A program made the translations under genes and the position numbers. 64,000 nt of DNA from Sporomusaceae bacterium (GTDB lineage: Bacteria; Bacillota; Negativicutes; UBA1444): contig JAHDPL010000031.1 in the NCBI GenBank assembly GCA_018434355.1, positions 567 through 64,566 of the forward strand. The letters run 5' to 3'. The notes beneath the pieces are model-generated. The model searched no databases, had not been told where the DNA came from, and worked only from the letters and a program-made list of their open reading frames with translations. Positions 9,119 to 17,883 of this stretch are shown one piece after another; positions within the stretch are counted from its first letter, which is position 1, and every line of letters starts with the position of its first letter.

Positions 9119-10407
9119 TGTTCATGGATGCAAGCATTTTCCTGTTCTTGATGTTCGGGTTCCTGCTGCTTTGGAATACGCCGATCGCGGTCGGTCTGGC
9201 GATGGCAAGCTTGCTTACGATGTTCCTCAACGATGCGCCGATGGCGGTATTTCCTCTGACGATGTATTCCGCTACCGCGAAGTTCGCACTACTGGCGATA
9301 CCCTTCTTCATTCTGGCCGGCGTAGTCATGGAAGCGGCCGGCGTTTCCAGTCGCCTGATCAAATTTGCCAATGTCTGCGTCGGTCATACGACTGGTGGTT
9401 TGGCGATCGTGGCGATCGTAACCTGTTGTTTCTTTGCGGCGATTTCCGGGTCTGGTCCGGCCACCGTTGCGGCTCTCGGGTCGATCCTGATTCCGGCAAT
9501 GGTCAAAGCTGGATATGACAAGGGCTTTTCCAGCGCGCTGATGGCCAATGCCGGTGCGATCGGCATCATCATCCCGCCCAGTATTGCGTTTGTTGTTTAT
9601 GGCGTTATCGCCGAAGTCTCAATCGGCAAGCTGTTTATGGCCGGTGTGGTGCCTGGACTCGTCGTGGGCGCTGCGCTAGGAGTTGTGAGTTACATTGTTT
9701 CCAAAAAACGAGGCTATGGCGGCAGCGGCAAAAAAGCAACTGCGGCAGAAATTTGGGCTGCGTTTAAAGATGCGGCATGGGGTCTGATGACACCGGTCAT
9801 CATCCTCGGCGGCATTTACGGCGGGGTGTTTACGCCGACCGAAGCCGCCGGAGTGGCGGCGGTATATGGGCTGTTTGTCGGTTTCTTCGTCTACAAGGAG
9901 TTGACACTGGGTAAACTGAAAAAACTGCTGATTGACGCGTCAGTCGGTTCGGCGGTTGTTATGTTGATTGTATCGAGCGCTTCACTGTTCGCCTGGTTGA
10001 TTACGACTGAAGGGGCAGCACAGATGGCATCGGCGGCGATGCTGGCGTTTACGAAATCTAGCTGGGTGATTCTGTTGATCATCAATATTTTGGTCTTGAT
10101 TGCCGGCTGCTTCCTCGATGCGATTTCAATTTTCTATATCCTGTTGCCGATATTCTTGCCGATTATCAAGATGCTAAATGTTGACCCCGTGTTGTTTGGC
10201 GTAATGCTGACAGTAAACGTCGCTATTGGTCAAATCACGCCGCCGGTAGGGGTCAACCTCTATGTTGCCTGCAACATTGCCGACCTAAGTTTAACTGATA
10301 TTTCTAAGGCGATCATGCCGTTTTTGATCGCCTCGACCATTGCTCTGTTGTTAATCACTTATATTCCGGCATTATCCCTGTGGTTGCCAAAAGTGCTGGG
10401 TATGTAA
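9118..10407 (+). CDS. dctM: TRAP transporter large permease (DctM family)
   Basis: ATG 9118 overlaps the dctQ stop (TAATG). The polytopic DctM-like sequence starts MFMDASIFLFLMFGFLLL; the track ORF starts further upstream at 9019. Confidence 0.85.
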   Translation: MFMDASIFLFLMFGFLLLWNTPIAVGLAMASLLTMFLNDAPMAVFPLTMYSATAKFALLAIPFFILAGVVMEAAGVSSRLIKFANVCVGHTTGGLAIVAIVTCCFFAAISGSGPATVAALGSILIPAMVKAGYDKGFSSALMANAGAIGIIIPPSIAFVVYGVIAEVSIGKLFMAGVVPGLVVGAALGVVSYIVSKKRGYGGSGKKATAAEIWAAFKDAAWGLMTPVIILGGIYGGVFTPTEAAGVAAVYGLFVGFFVYKELTLGKLKKLLIDASVGSAVVMLIVSSASLFAWLITTEGAAQMASAAMLAFTKSSWVILLIINILVLIAGCFLDAISIFYILLPIFLPIIKMLNVDPVLFGVMLTVNVAIGQITPPVGVNLYVACNIADLSLTDISKAIMPFLIASTIALLLITYIPALSLWLPKVLGM

Positions 10408-10425
10408 CGAAGGGAGATCCTGTTC

Positions 10426-11889
10426 ATGGCATCAGAAATCAAAATGCCCCAATTGGGGCTGACAATGACCGAGGGAACGGTTACCCAATGGTTCAAAAAA
10501 GTCGGTGAGGCAGTGGCGCAAGGCGAATTGCTGTTTGAGGTGGCGACCGATAAAATCACCAATCAGATCGAAGCGACTGCCAGCGGTATTTTGCTGGAAA
10601 TCCGGGTGGCGGAAGGCAAAGTCGCGCCGGTGCAAGCGATTGTCGGCGTGGTTGGAGCGGCAGGCGAAAAAGTCGCCGCCGCAGGAGCCGATGCGGTTGT
10701 TGAGAGTACCCGGACGGCGGCGCCTGTCACGGAAGCGCCTGTAGCAGCAGCTGCCGGACAAGCCTTTGCCGCGGCTGCACAAGTTACAGAAGGCGGCTGG
10801 GTAAAAGCGTCGCCGGCTGCCCGTAAATTAGCCAAGGAGTTAGCCGTGGACCTGGCCAAAGTCACCGCCACCGGACCTGAAGGCATGGTAGTGGAAGCCG
10901 ACGTGCTCGGATTCGGCTGGGTCAAAGCTTCGCCTGCCGCCCGCAAAGCTGCCCGCGATAAAGGAATTGACCTTAGTATCGTAATTCCGACCGGCCCGGG
11001 CGGAATGGTGGTCGAGCGCGATGTGCTTGCTCTCGCCGAAGGAAAAGTCGCGGCCAAGAGCAGCCCGCTGGCCGCAAAACTGGCGGTCGACCTCGGCGTC
11101 GAGCTGACTTCGATTGATAAAGCAGGACGGATCATGAAAGACGATGTGCTGGCTGCTGCGTCAAGCGCTGTGGCGTCAACCGCTGTTTCCACTGCGGCTC
11201 ATGCTGCTCAGGCCAAGACAAAACCGCTCGTCGGCATGCGCAAAGTCATCGCCGAGAGGATGGGTCAATCCTGGAACACCGCGCCGCATGTCCATCTGAC
11301 AGTGGAAGTGGACATGACCGCGGCCTTGGCGCTGAAGGATCAACTGGCCAAAGTTTCCGGTCAGAAAGCTTCGATCACCGAAATTGTGATCAAATGCGCT
11401 GCACAGGTACTGGGAGAAATCCCGGTCGTTAACGCCAGCATTATCGGCAACCAGATCGTTTATCACGAATCCGTCAACATGGGTGTTGCCGTATCGCTGG
11501 ATGACGGCCTGATCGTACCGGTCATCCGAAAGGCGGAAACGAAGAGTCTGCGAGAAATCCGCGCCGCCGTGGTTGACCTCGGCGCAAGGGCGAGAAGTAA
11601 CAAGCTGCAACCGGACGAAATCTCCGGCGGCACGTTTACCGTCACCAACCTCGGCATGTTTGGCACCGACCATTTCACACCAATCATCAACCCGCCGGAA
11701 AGCGCCATTCTGGCTGTCTGCCGCACGGTAGAAAAGCCGGTTGTCGTTGGCGGCCAGGTCGTAATTCGACCGATGTGCAATTTCGTGCTTGGGTTTGATC
11801 ACAGGCTGATCGATGGTGCGGTCGGCGCGAAATTTATGGCCCGGTTCCGGGAACTGATCGAAAATCCGCTGTTGTTGCTTGTGGGCTAA
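10426..11889 (+). CDS. acoC: Dihydrolipoamide acyltransferase E2 (one lipoyl domain, three subunit-binding-domain repeats, catalytic domain)
   Basis: Lipoyl-lysine context EVATDKITNQIEA. PSBD repeats (GWVKASPAARK... twice, plus SSPLAAKLAVDLGV...). Catalytic DHRLIDG. Confidence 0.85.
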   Translation: MASEIKMPQLGLTMTEGTVTQWFKKVGEAVAQGELLFEVATDKITNQIEATASGILLEIRVAEGKVAPVQAIVGVVGAAGEKVAAAGADAVVESTRTAAPVTEAPVAAAAGQAFAAAAQVTEGGWVKASPAARKLAKELAVDLAKVTATGPEGMVVEADVLGFGWVKASPAARKAARDKGIDLSIVIPTGPGGMVVERDVLALAEGKVAAKSSPLAAKLAVDLGVELTSIDKAGRIMKDDVLAAASSAVASTAVSTAAHAAQAKTKPLVGMRKVIAERMGQSWNTAPHVHLTVEVDMTAALALKDQLAKVSGQKASITEIVIKCAAQVLGEIPVVNASIIGNQIVYHESVNMGVAVSLDDGLIVPVIRKAETKSLREIRAAVVDLGARARSNKLQPDEISGGTFTVTNLGMFGTDHFTPIINPPESAILAVCRTVEKPVVVGGQVVIRPMCNFVLGFDHRLIDGAVGAKFMARFRELIENPLLLLVG

Positions 11890-11956
11890 ACAGAAAAATT
11901 ACTTGGATACCGGGGCGCCCGTTGCGGTTGCCCCGGTTTTAACAGGAGGATTGACC

Positions 11957-13357
11957 ATGGCAAAAAAAGTTGTAGTAATCGGCGGCGGCCCCGGCGGCTA
12001 CGTCGCAGCGATTCGGGCGGCCCAGCTCGGGGCTGAGACCCATCTGGTGGAAAAGGAAAATCTCGGCGGCACATGCCTCAATGTCGGCTGCATCCCGACC
12101 AAGGCGCTACTGCATACCGCCGAACTATATCATGCCGTTAAGCATGGCGACCGCATCGGTCTTGTCGGCGACTCGGTCCAGATCGATTGGAAGGCCCTGA
12201 TGAACCGGAAGAACAGCGTTGTGCGCCGACTGGTCGGCGGCGTGGCCGGTCTGCTGAAAGCAAACGGCGTTGTCGTGCACAAAGGATGCGGCCAGCTAAC
12301 CGGACCGGGAGTGGTCCAGGTGCATGGCGACAAACCGGAAACCCTCGGCGCGGATATCGTGATCCTGTCCACCGGCTCCGTTCCCGTCAAACTGAATTTC
12401 CCCGGCGCCGACCTGCCTGGCGTCGTAGACAGCACCGGCGTGTTGTCGCTCGCCAAACAGCCGGAATCGATCGTCATCATCGGCGGCGGCGTGATCGGCG
12501 TTGAATTCGCTGCCCTCTATGCAGCGCTCGGGTCCAAAGTCACCGTCGTCGAACTATTGCCGGAAATCCTGCCGGGCATCGACTCCGAACTGGCGGCGAA
12601 TTTGAAGCAAAGCCTGAGCAAGACCGGTGTCACATTCCTGAACGGCGCCAAGCTGGAAGCGGTAAGTCAGGTAAATGGCTTGTTGTCGGCCAAAGTTATG
12701 CTGGGGACGGAAGCCAGGGAAATCGCCGCCGAAATCGTACTGGTTGCGGTCGGCCGCCGGGCTTACACCGATGGTGCGGGGTTGGAGGCGGCGGGAGTCA
12801 AGCTTGAGCGCGGCAAAGTGGTCGTGGACGACCATTACCAGACCAATCTGCCGGGAGTCTATGCGATCGGCGACTGCAACGGCATCACCATGCTGGCCCA
12901 TGCGGCCTCGCATCAGGGAATCGCCGCAGTGGAGCATGCGCTGGGGCATGGATCAACCGGGCATGGCAAGCCGATCGTACCGGCCTGCGTATATACTCAC
13001 CCGGAAGTGGCGGCGGTCGGGATCACCGAAGAAAAAGCCAAAGAACTGGGAATAGCCTATAAGAAGGGCGTATTTCCGCTGGCCGGCAACGGCAAGTCGA
13101 TGATCGACGAAGGCGAAGCCGGCTTCGTGAAGATTCTGGCCGGAGCAAAATACGGCGAGATTCTTGGCGTGCATATGGTGGGGCCGCGGGCAACCGAGAT
13201 CATCGGCGAAGCGACGCTGGCGATGCGACTGGAGGCGACGGTGGAGGAGCTGGTGTCGACGATCCACGCGCATCCGACGGTATCCGAGTCGCTCGGCGAA
13301 GCGGCGCTGGCGGTCGACAATTTGGCGATCCACTGGCCACCTGGCATGAAGGCGTAA
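11957..13357 (+). CDS. acoL: Dihydrolipoyl dehydrogenase E3
   Basis: GGGPGGY FAD motif and redox disulfide GGTCLNVGCIPTK. ATG 11957 has an AGGAGGA RBS; the track ORF starts at 11879. Confidence 0.9.
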   Translation: MAKKVVVIGGGPGGYVAAIRAAQLGAETHLVEKENLGGTCLNVGCIPTKALLHTAELYHAVKHGDRIGLVGDSVQIDWKALMNRKNSVVRRLVGGVAGLLKANGVVVHKGCGQLTGPGVVQVHGDKPETLGADIVILSTGSVPVKLNFPGADLPGVVDSTGVLSLAKQPESIVIIGGGVIGVEFAALYAALGSKVTVVELLPEILPGIDSELAANLKQSLSKTGVTFLNGAKLEAVSQVNGLLSAKVMLGTEAREIAAEIVLVAVGRRAYTDGAGLEAAGVKLERGKVVVDDHYQTNLPGVYAIGDCNGITMLAHAASHQGIAAVEHALGHGSTGHGKPIVPACVYTHPEVAAVGITEEKAKELGIAYKKGVFPLAGNGKSMIDEGEAGFVKILAGAKYGEILGVHMVGPRATEIIGEATLAMRLEATVEELVSTIHAHPTVSESLGEAALAVDNLAIHWPPGMKA

Positions 13358-14016
13358 TGAACCGAACGATTATAGTAATCCAACCGGGGTTGGTTTCCTA
13401 CCAGGAAGGGCTGGAACTCCAGCAACAGGCCCGGCGTCGGGTTGCCGACGGCGAATTGGCCGGGGTGCTGATTTTACTCGAACATCAACCGGTGATTACG
13501 GCCGGACGCGGTGGCGGCAGGGAAAACTTGCGCGCCACGCTGTCCGGATTGCAGGCAGAACAGATCGCTTTTGTTGAAACCGACCGCGGTGGCAACATCA
13601 CCTGCCACAATCCGGGCCAATTGGTAGGATATCCGGTGCTAAATCTGAGCTATTGGCAGGAAGATGTGCACTGGTATGTCGAACAACTGGAAGAAGTCTT
13701 GATTCGCACCGTCGCCCAATATGGCATCGTGGCCGGTCGCAAATCCCGCTATACCGGTGTTTGGGCGGGAAACCGCAAGCTGGCGGCGATCGGCGTCAGT
13801 GTTCGCCGCTGGATCACTGGCCACGGCTTCGCGTTAAATGTTAGCAATGATTTATCGCTGTTTCAGCAGATCATTCCCTGCGGAATCGAAGAATTCGGCG
13901 TCACCAGTCTGCGAGCTGCCGGAGTGACGGCAAGCTTGACTGAAGTGACGCAGCGGCTGATGATAGAGTTCACAACGGTGTTTGCCGCAGCGTTGCAGCA
14001 AACCAAGGAGGATTGA
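13357..14016 (+). CDS. lipB: Octanoyltransferase LipB
   Basis: RGGNITCHNPGQLVGYP and KLAAIGVSVRRWITGHGFALNV motifs. The start overlaps the E3 stop. Confidence 0.85.
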   Translation: MNRTIIVIQPGLVSYQEGLELQQQARRRVADGELAGVLILLEHQPVITAGRGGGRENLRATLSGLQAEQIAFVETDRGGNITCHNPGQLVGYPVLNLSYWQEDVHWYVEQLEEVLIRTVAQYGIVAGRKSRYTGVWAGNRKLAAIGVSVRRWITGHGFALNVSNDLSLFQQIIPCGIEEFGVTSLRAAGVTASLTEVTQRLMIEFTTVFAAALQQTKED

Positions 14017-14504
14017 GGGTTTTGTCGCAGGAAAAGCTATTCGTTTCGGTCGAAGCGCACAAAGGACGAACAATCGCCGCCCACCTGAAACCCGGAACCG
14101 ACCTGGTTTCCGGAATTGAAGCGGTTTGCCAAAAGCATCATATTCAATATGGCTATTTTGCCAGTGTGATGGGCAGCCTAGCCAAAGCCACCTATATTTT
14201 GCCGTACAAAGACCTGACCGCGCCGCTGGGATTTCGTTTCTGCGACCCAATCGAAGTGGAAGGTCCGATTGAACTGCTGGGCGGCCAAGGCGTAATTTGT
14301 CAAACGGAGAAGAGTGAATTGATGATTCACTTGCACGCGCAGGGTATAGCGCCGGATCGCGTTGCCTTCGGCGGTCATTTCTCGGCGGGCGGCAACCCGG
14401 TGCTGGCAACAATAGACCTCGTCATTGTCGAATTTGACGGGGCCAAACTGATGCGACGCTATGACAGCGAGACGGGCTTGATGGTGTTCAGCCCGGAACT
14501 GTAA
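14013..14504 (+). CDS. PPC/DUF296-domain protein
   Basis: HLKPGTDLVSGIEAVCQKHHIQYGYFASVMGSL plus a later GHLHA-type strand resemble the DUF296 fold. 4-nt overlap with lipB. Family call is by eye. Confidence 0.6.
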   Translation: MRVLSQEKLFVSVEAHKGRTIAAHLKPGTDLVSGIEAVCQKHHIQYGYFASVMGSLAKATYILPYKDLTAPLGFRFCDPIEVEGPIELLGGQGVICQTEKSELMIHLHAQGIAPDRVAFGGHFSAGGNPVLATIDLVIVEFDGAKLMRRYDSETGLMVFSPEL

Positions 14505-14524
14505 ATATAATCGAAAGAAAATAG

Positions 14525-15385
14525 GTGGCTGTGATGAAATCTGAAATGGCGGAACGCGCTCCCTGGTTGATCCGTCGCATACCGGCAGGCGGTATCGAGC
14601 AGGTGCAGGGATTGATTGATGATTTGAATTTGCATACGGTTTGCCGCAGCGCTTCCTGTCCTAACTTGGGCGAATGCTTTCACTCCGGAACAGCGACGTT
14701 TCTGATTTTGGGCGGCATCTGCACCCGCGGCTGTCGTTTTTGCGGGGTGCCCAAGGGCGATCCGCCGCCGGTTGACGAGGCCGAAGCGGAAAACGTGGCG
14801 ATCGCTGTGGCCCGGATGAGCCTCAAGCATGCGGTGGTGACTTCGGTGACCCGCGATGATTTGCCGGACGGCGGGGCGGAGCAATTTGCCGCCTGCATCC
14901 GCAATATCCGGGCCAAGGATGCAAAAGTGACGGTGGAAGTGCTGACCCCCGATTTTGCCGGCAATAGGCAGTCGTTGCAGATTGTTTTGAATGAGCGCCC
15001 GGATGTGTTTAACCATAACGTGGAGACGGTCCCCCGGTTATATGAACAGGTTCGCCCAAGGGCAAATTACCAGCAGTCGCTGAATGTGCTGCGGCAGGCG
15101 GCCGAGTGTGGCATAGTCTGGGTGAAAAGCGGCCTGATGTTGGGGCTGGGCGAGACGGAAGCGGAAGTGTTGGACGTTTTTGCCGATTTGCGCCAGGTTG
15201 GTGTCAACTCGCTGACGGTTGGACAGTATTTGCGACCGACACGAGAACATCTGCCGGTGGTCGATTATATCCACCCGGACCGATTCGCCTTTTTGGCGGA
15301 AGAAGCCAAACGCATGGGCTTTGTTCATATCGCCTCCGGACCGCTGGTGCGCAGTTCCTACCATGCTGGCGAGGTTTTTCGCTGA
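14525..15385 (+). CDS. lipA: Lipoyl synthase LipA (radical SAM)
   Basis: CPNLGECF auxiliary-cluster motif and CTRGCRFC radical-SAM motif. Start may be 14525 (GTG) or ATG 14534. Confidence 0.9.
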   Translation: MAVMKSEMAERAPWLIRRIPAGGIEQVQGLIDDLNLHTVCRSASCPNLGECFHSGTATFLILGGICTRGCRFCGVPKGDPPPVDEAEAENVAIAVARMSLKHAVVTSVTRDDLPDGGAEQFAACIRNIRAKDAKVTVEVLTPDFAGNRQSLQIVLNERPDVFNHNVETVPRLYEQVRPRANYQQSLNVLRQAAECGIVWVKSGLMLGLGETEAEVLDVFADLRQVGVNSLTVGQYLRPTREHLPVVDYIHPDRFAFLAEEAKRMGFVHIASGPLVRSSYHAGEVFR

Positions 15386-15421
15386 CAGGCGCAATTCCTT
15401 GCGGCAACACGCGAAAACCCG

Positions 15422-15451
15422 TTGACAGTGCAGGAAGCCACGGAGTAGAAT
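15422..15451 (+). promoter_or_regulatory. Sigma-70-type promoter (TTGACA-18-TAGAAT)
   Basis: Consensus -35 TTGACA at 15422-15427, 18-nt spacer, TAGAAT at 15446-15451. Confidence 0.65.
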
Positions 15452-15457
15452 AAACGT

Positions 15458-15717
15458 AAAGTTGTCAAACCGCAAAAGGAACCAGAGAGTAGAGGAGCGA
15501 GTAACATTAGTAACGCCGGCGAGAGGGACATCGCTGACCCGGCGCGAAAGGGTGGTCGCCGAAGCGTGGAATGCGTCCGACGTTCCAGGCTGGGTGCGCA
15601 TCGAACAGGTGCGTGACTGTCACCGAAGTTGGTGAAGCGCTATCTCATGAAGCGGCAAACACGATTCGTGTCTTTGGATGCCGTACACCGGGAGAATGCT
15701 CGCCGGTGTTTTATTTT
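15458..15717 (+). promoter_or_regulatory. Structured 5' leader of about 260 nt ending in an intrinsic terminator; T-box-like, class unresolved
   Basis: AGAGAGTA at 15484-15491, AGTAAC-ATT-AGTAAC, AAAGGGTGGT at 15547-15556, several short hairpins, then the terminator at 15685-15717, about 35 nt before the livJ start. Confidence 0.45.
15685..15717 (+). terminator. Leader (attenuator) terminator upstream of livJ
   Basis: ACACCGGGAG...CTCGCCGGTGT stem followed by TTTTATTTT. Confidence 0.75.
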
Positions 15718-15752
15718 CCCTATTTCACAGTATCGATGAAGGAGGAATCATT

Positions 15753-16907
15753 TTGTCAAAGCAGCTGCGTATCCTGTCCCTAGTTCTGGTTGTAGCATTC
15801 CTTGTCGTAGTAGCCGGGTGCGGCGGATCGCCGGCGGCGCCGGCAGGCCAACAAGCCAAGGCGAAAATCACCATTGCGATGGTAAATCCGCTGACCGGGG
15901 ATGCGGCAACCTATGGCGTCAGCCACCGCAAAGGCCTGGAAATGGCATTGGAAGAAATCAACAAGGCTGGTGGCATCAAAGGCCAGCAAATCGAACTGCT
16001 GACGCACGATGACGCCGGAGATCCCAAGCAAGCGGCCGCCGGCGCGCAAAAGTTCGCCGACATGAAGAGCGTGGTGACGATCGTCGGTTCCTGCCTTAGC
16101 TCCAACACGCTGGCAATGGTGCCGATTACCGACAAGGCCAAAGTTCCCCACTCCGTCGTTTCTTCCAGTACTCACAAACTGTCCGGCATGAGCAAGTACT
16201 TCTTCCGGATGGCGGTGCAGGATGACAAGGTTGGCGGACTGATGGTCGACTTGTCGGCCCAGAAGTTCAAGCCGAAGAAAATGGCGCTGCTGTATCTGAA
16301 CAACGATTACGGCAAGGGTCTGTTGACGTCGACCCAGGCCCAGGCGAAAAAACTCGGTATCGAAATGACCTCCGCCCAAACCTATCTGGCGACCGACAAA
16401 GACTATTCGGCCCTGTTGACAAAAGTGAAAGCGGAAGCGCCGGAAGTGTTGCTGGTTGGCAGCACCTACACCGATGGCGGTTTGATCGTAAAACAGGCGC
16501 GGGAAATGGGCCTGAACATGCCAATCGTAGGACCGACCGGCCTGTATAGCCCCAAGTATTTGGAAATCGCCGGCAAAGCTGTTGAGAACACCTATTTCCT
16601 CGGCGTGTTCGTGCCGACCAACCCCGATCCCAAGGTGCAGGAATTCGTTAAGAAATATAAAGAGAAATATGGCATGGACCCCGATACCTTCGCCGCACTG
16701 GCCTATGATCAGGGGTATGTCCTAAAGGACGCGCTGGAAAAAGCTGCAGCCAAAGGCGCGGTCACCCGCGAAAGCATGCGTGATGCGATGGCCGCCAGCT
16801 CCTTTAAAGGAATCACCGGCACCGTCACCTTTGATGACAAAGGCGACTGGGTTCGCCCGTACCTGTTCGTAACCGTCAAGGACGGCAAATTCGTCGTCGC
16901 CCAATAA
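15753..16907 (+). CDS. livJ: Branched-chain/hydrophobic amino-acid ABC transporter substrate-binding lipoprotein (LivJ/BraC family)
   Basis: TTG 15753 has a GAAGGAGGA RBS. Lipobox VAGCGGS. Type I PBP sequence (ITIAMVNPLTGDAATYG...). The track ORF starts at 15678, inside the terminator. Confidence 0.8.
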   Translation: MSKQLRILSLVLVVAFLVVVAGCGGSPAAPAGQQAKAKITIAMVNPLTGDAATYGVSHRKGLEMALEEINKAGGIKGQQIELLTHDDAGDPKQAAAGAQKFADMKSVVTIVGSCLSSNTLAMVPITDKAKVPHSVVSSSTHKLSGMSKYFFRMAVQDDKVGGLMVDLSAQKFKPKKMALLYLNNDYGKGLLTSTQAQAKKLGIEMTSAQTYLATDKDYSALLTKVKAEAPEVLLVGSTYTDGGLIVKQAREMGLNMPIVGPTGLYSPKYLEIAGKAVENTYFLGVFVPTNPDPKVQEFVKKYKEKYGMDPDTFAALAYDQGYVLKDALEKAAAKGAVTRESMRDAMAASSFKGITGTVTFDDKGDWVRPYLFVTVKDGKFVVAQ

Positions 16908-16933
16908 GTTTGTAGCAACAGCGTTCAACGCAG

Positions 16934-16969
16934 GCGCGGGAGCGGCCAGACCGTTCCCGCGCATTTTCT
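16934..16969 (+). terminator. Intra-operon hairpin/partial terminator after the binding-protein gene
   Basis: GCGCGGGAGCGG-CCAGA-CCGTTCCCGCGC, a 12-bp stem with one G-U pair, then ATTTTCTC. Confidence 0.55.
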
Positions 16970-16985
16970 CAGCGGAGGTGTCGAT

Positions 16986-17870
16986 TTGGTCCTGATACAA
17001 CAAATCATCAATGGCATGGCGCTCGGTGGGATCTATTCGCTGATCGCGATCGGCTGGACGGTCGTGTTCGGCATTGTCGGCCTGATTAACTGGACGCATG
17101 GCGAAGTGTTCATGATTGGCGCCTTTGTTGGCTTCTTCATGGTATCTGTTTTTAAAGTGAATTTAATCGCCGCGCTGATCATCGCGATGATGGCGAGTGG
17201 TCTGGTGGCGTTATTGATCGACCGGATGGCATATCGACCGCTCAGGACCAGTCCGAAACTGGCGGCGTTCATTACGGCGCTCGGCGCTTCGACGTTCTTG
17301 CGCTATCTGGCGGCGCTGGTCTGGGAGCCGCACGCCAGGGCGTATCCGGCCACCTTTGAATTCTCGGTGGTGCATATTCCGTTTGGCGCCAGTACGTTGA
17401 CCATAAACAGTCTGCAATTATTCATCTTTGCGGTTACCCTAGTCATCATGGCGCTGTTGCAATGGTTCATCACCCGCACGATGATGGGAAAAGCGATGCT
17501 GGCGGCTTCGCAGGATTTCGAAATGGTCGGCCTGATGGGCGTGGAAGTCGAAAAACTGGTAATGCTGACTTTTGGTGTCAGCGGCATGCTGGGCGGCGCC
17601 GCCGGGGTGCTGGTCGGCGTGCTGTATGCGATTGACCCGATGATGGGTTCGATGGCCGGGCTGAAAGGCTGGGCGGTCGCCGTGCTCGGCGGCGTCGGCA
17701 GCATCTCGGGGGCAATGGTGGCGGGGCTGCTGCTGGGCATTGCCGAGAATGTCTCTTCCGCTTACATCTCCTCCGGTTATCGCGACGCGATCGCCTTTGT
17801 CGCGATGATTCTGACGCTGATTGTCAAACCGACCGGCCTGATGGGCTTCAAATTTGAGGAGAAAGTATAG
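16986..17870 (+). CDS. livH: Branched-chain amino-acid ABC permease LivH
   Basis: N-terminus QQIINGMALGGIYSLIAIGWTVVFG is typical of LivH; polytopic. Confidence 0.85.
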   Translation: MVLIQQIINGMALGGIYSLIAIGWTVVFGIVGLINWTHGEVFMIGAFVGFFMVSVFKVNLIAALIIAMMASGLVALLIDRMAYRPLRTSPKLAAFITALGASTFLRYLAALVWEPHARAYPATFEFSVVHIPFGASTLTINSLQLFIFAVTLVIMALLQWFITRTMMGKAMLAASQDFEMVGLMGVEVEKLVMLTFGVSGMLGGAAGVLVGVLYAIDPMMGSMAGLKGWAVAVLGGVGSISGAMVAGLLLGIAENVSSAYISSGYRDAIAFVAMILTLIVKPTGLMGFKFEEKV

Positions 17871-17883
17871 GGGAGGCATCTGC

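Noticed and set aside
15458-15717. Firm assignment of the liv leader as a glycine, c-di-AMP (ydaO) or ppGpp (ykkC-2a) riboswitch.
   Set aside because: Only isolated short matches are present (CACCGAAG, CGCCGAAG, GGCGAGAGGGAC). The defining cores (GGAGAG...GAAGGGGCAA, ACGGGGA..., CUAGGG) are not. I kept it as 'class unresolved, T-box-like'.
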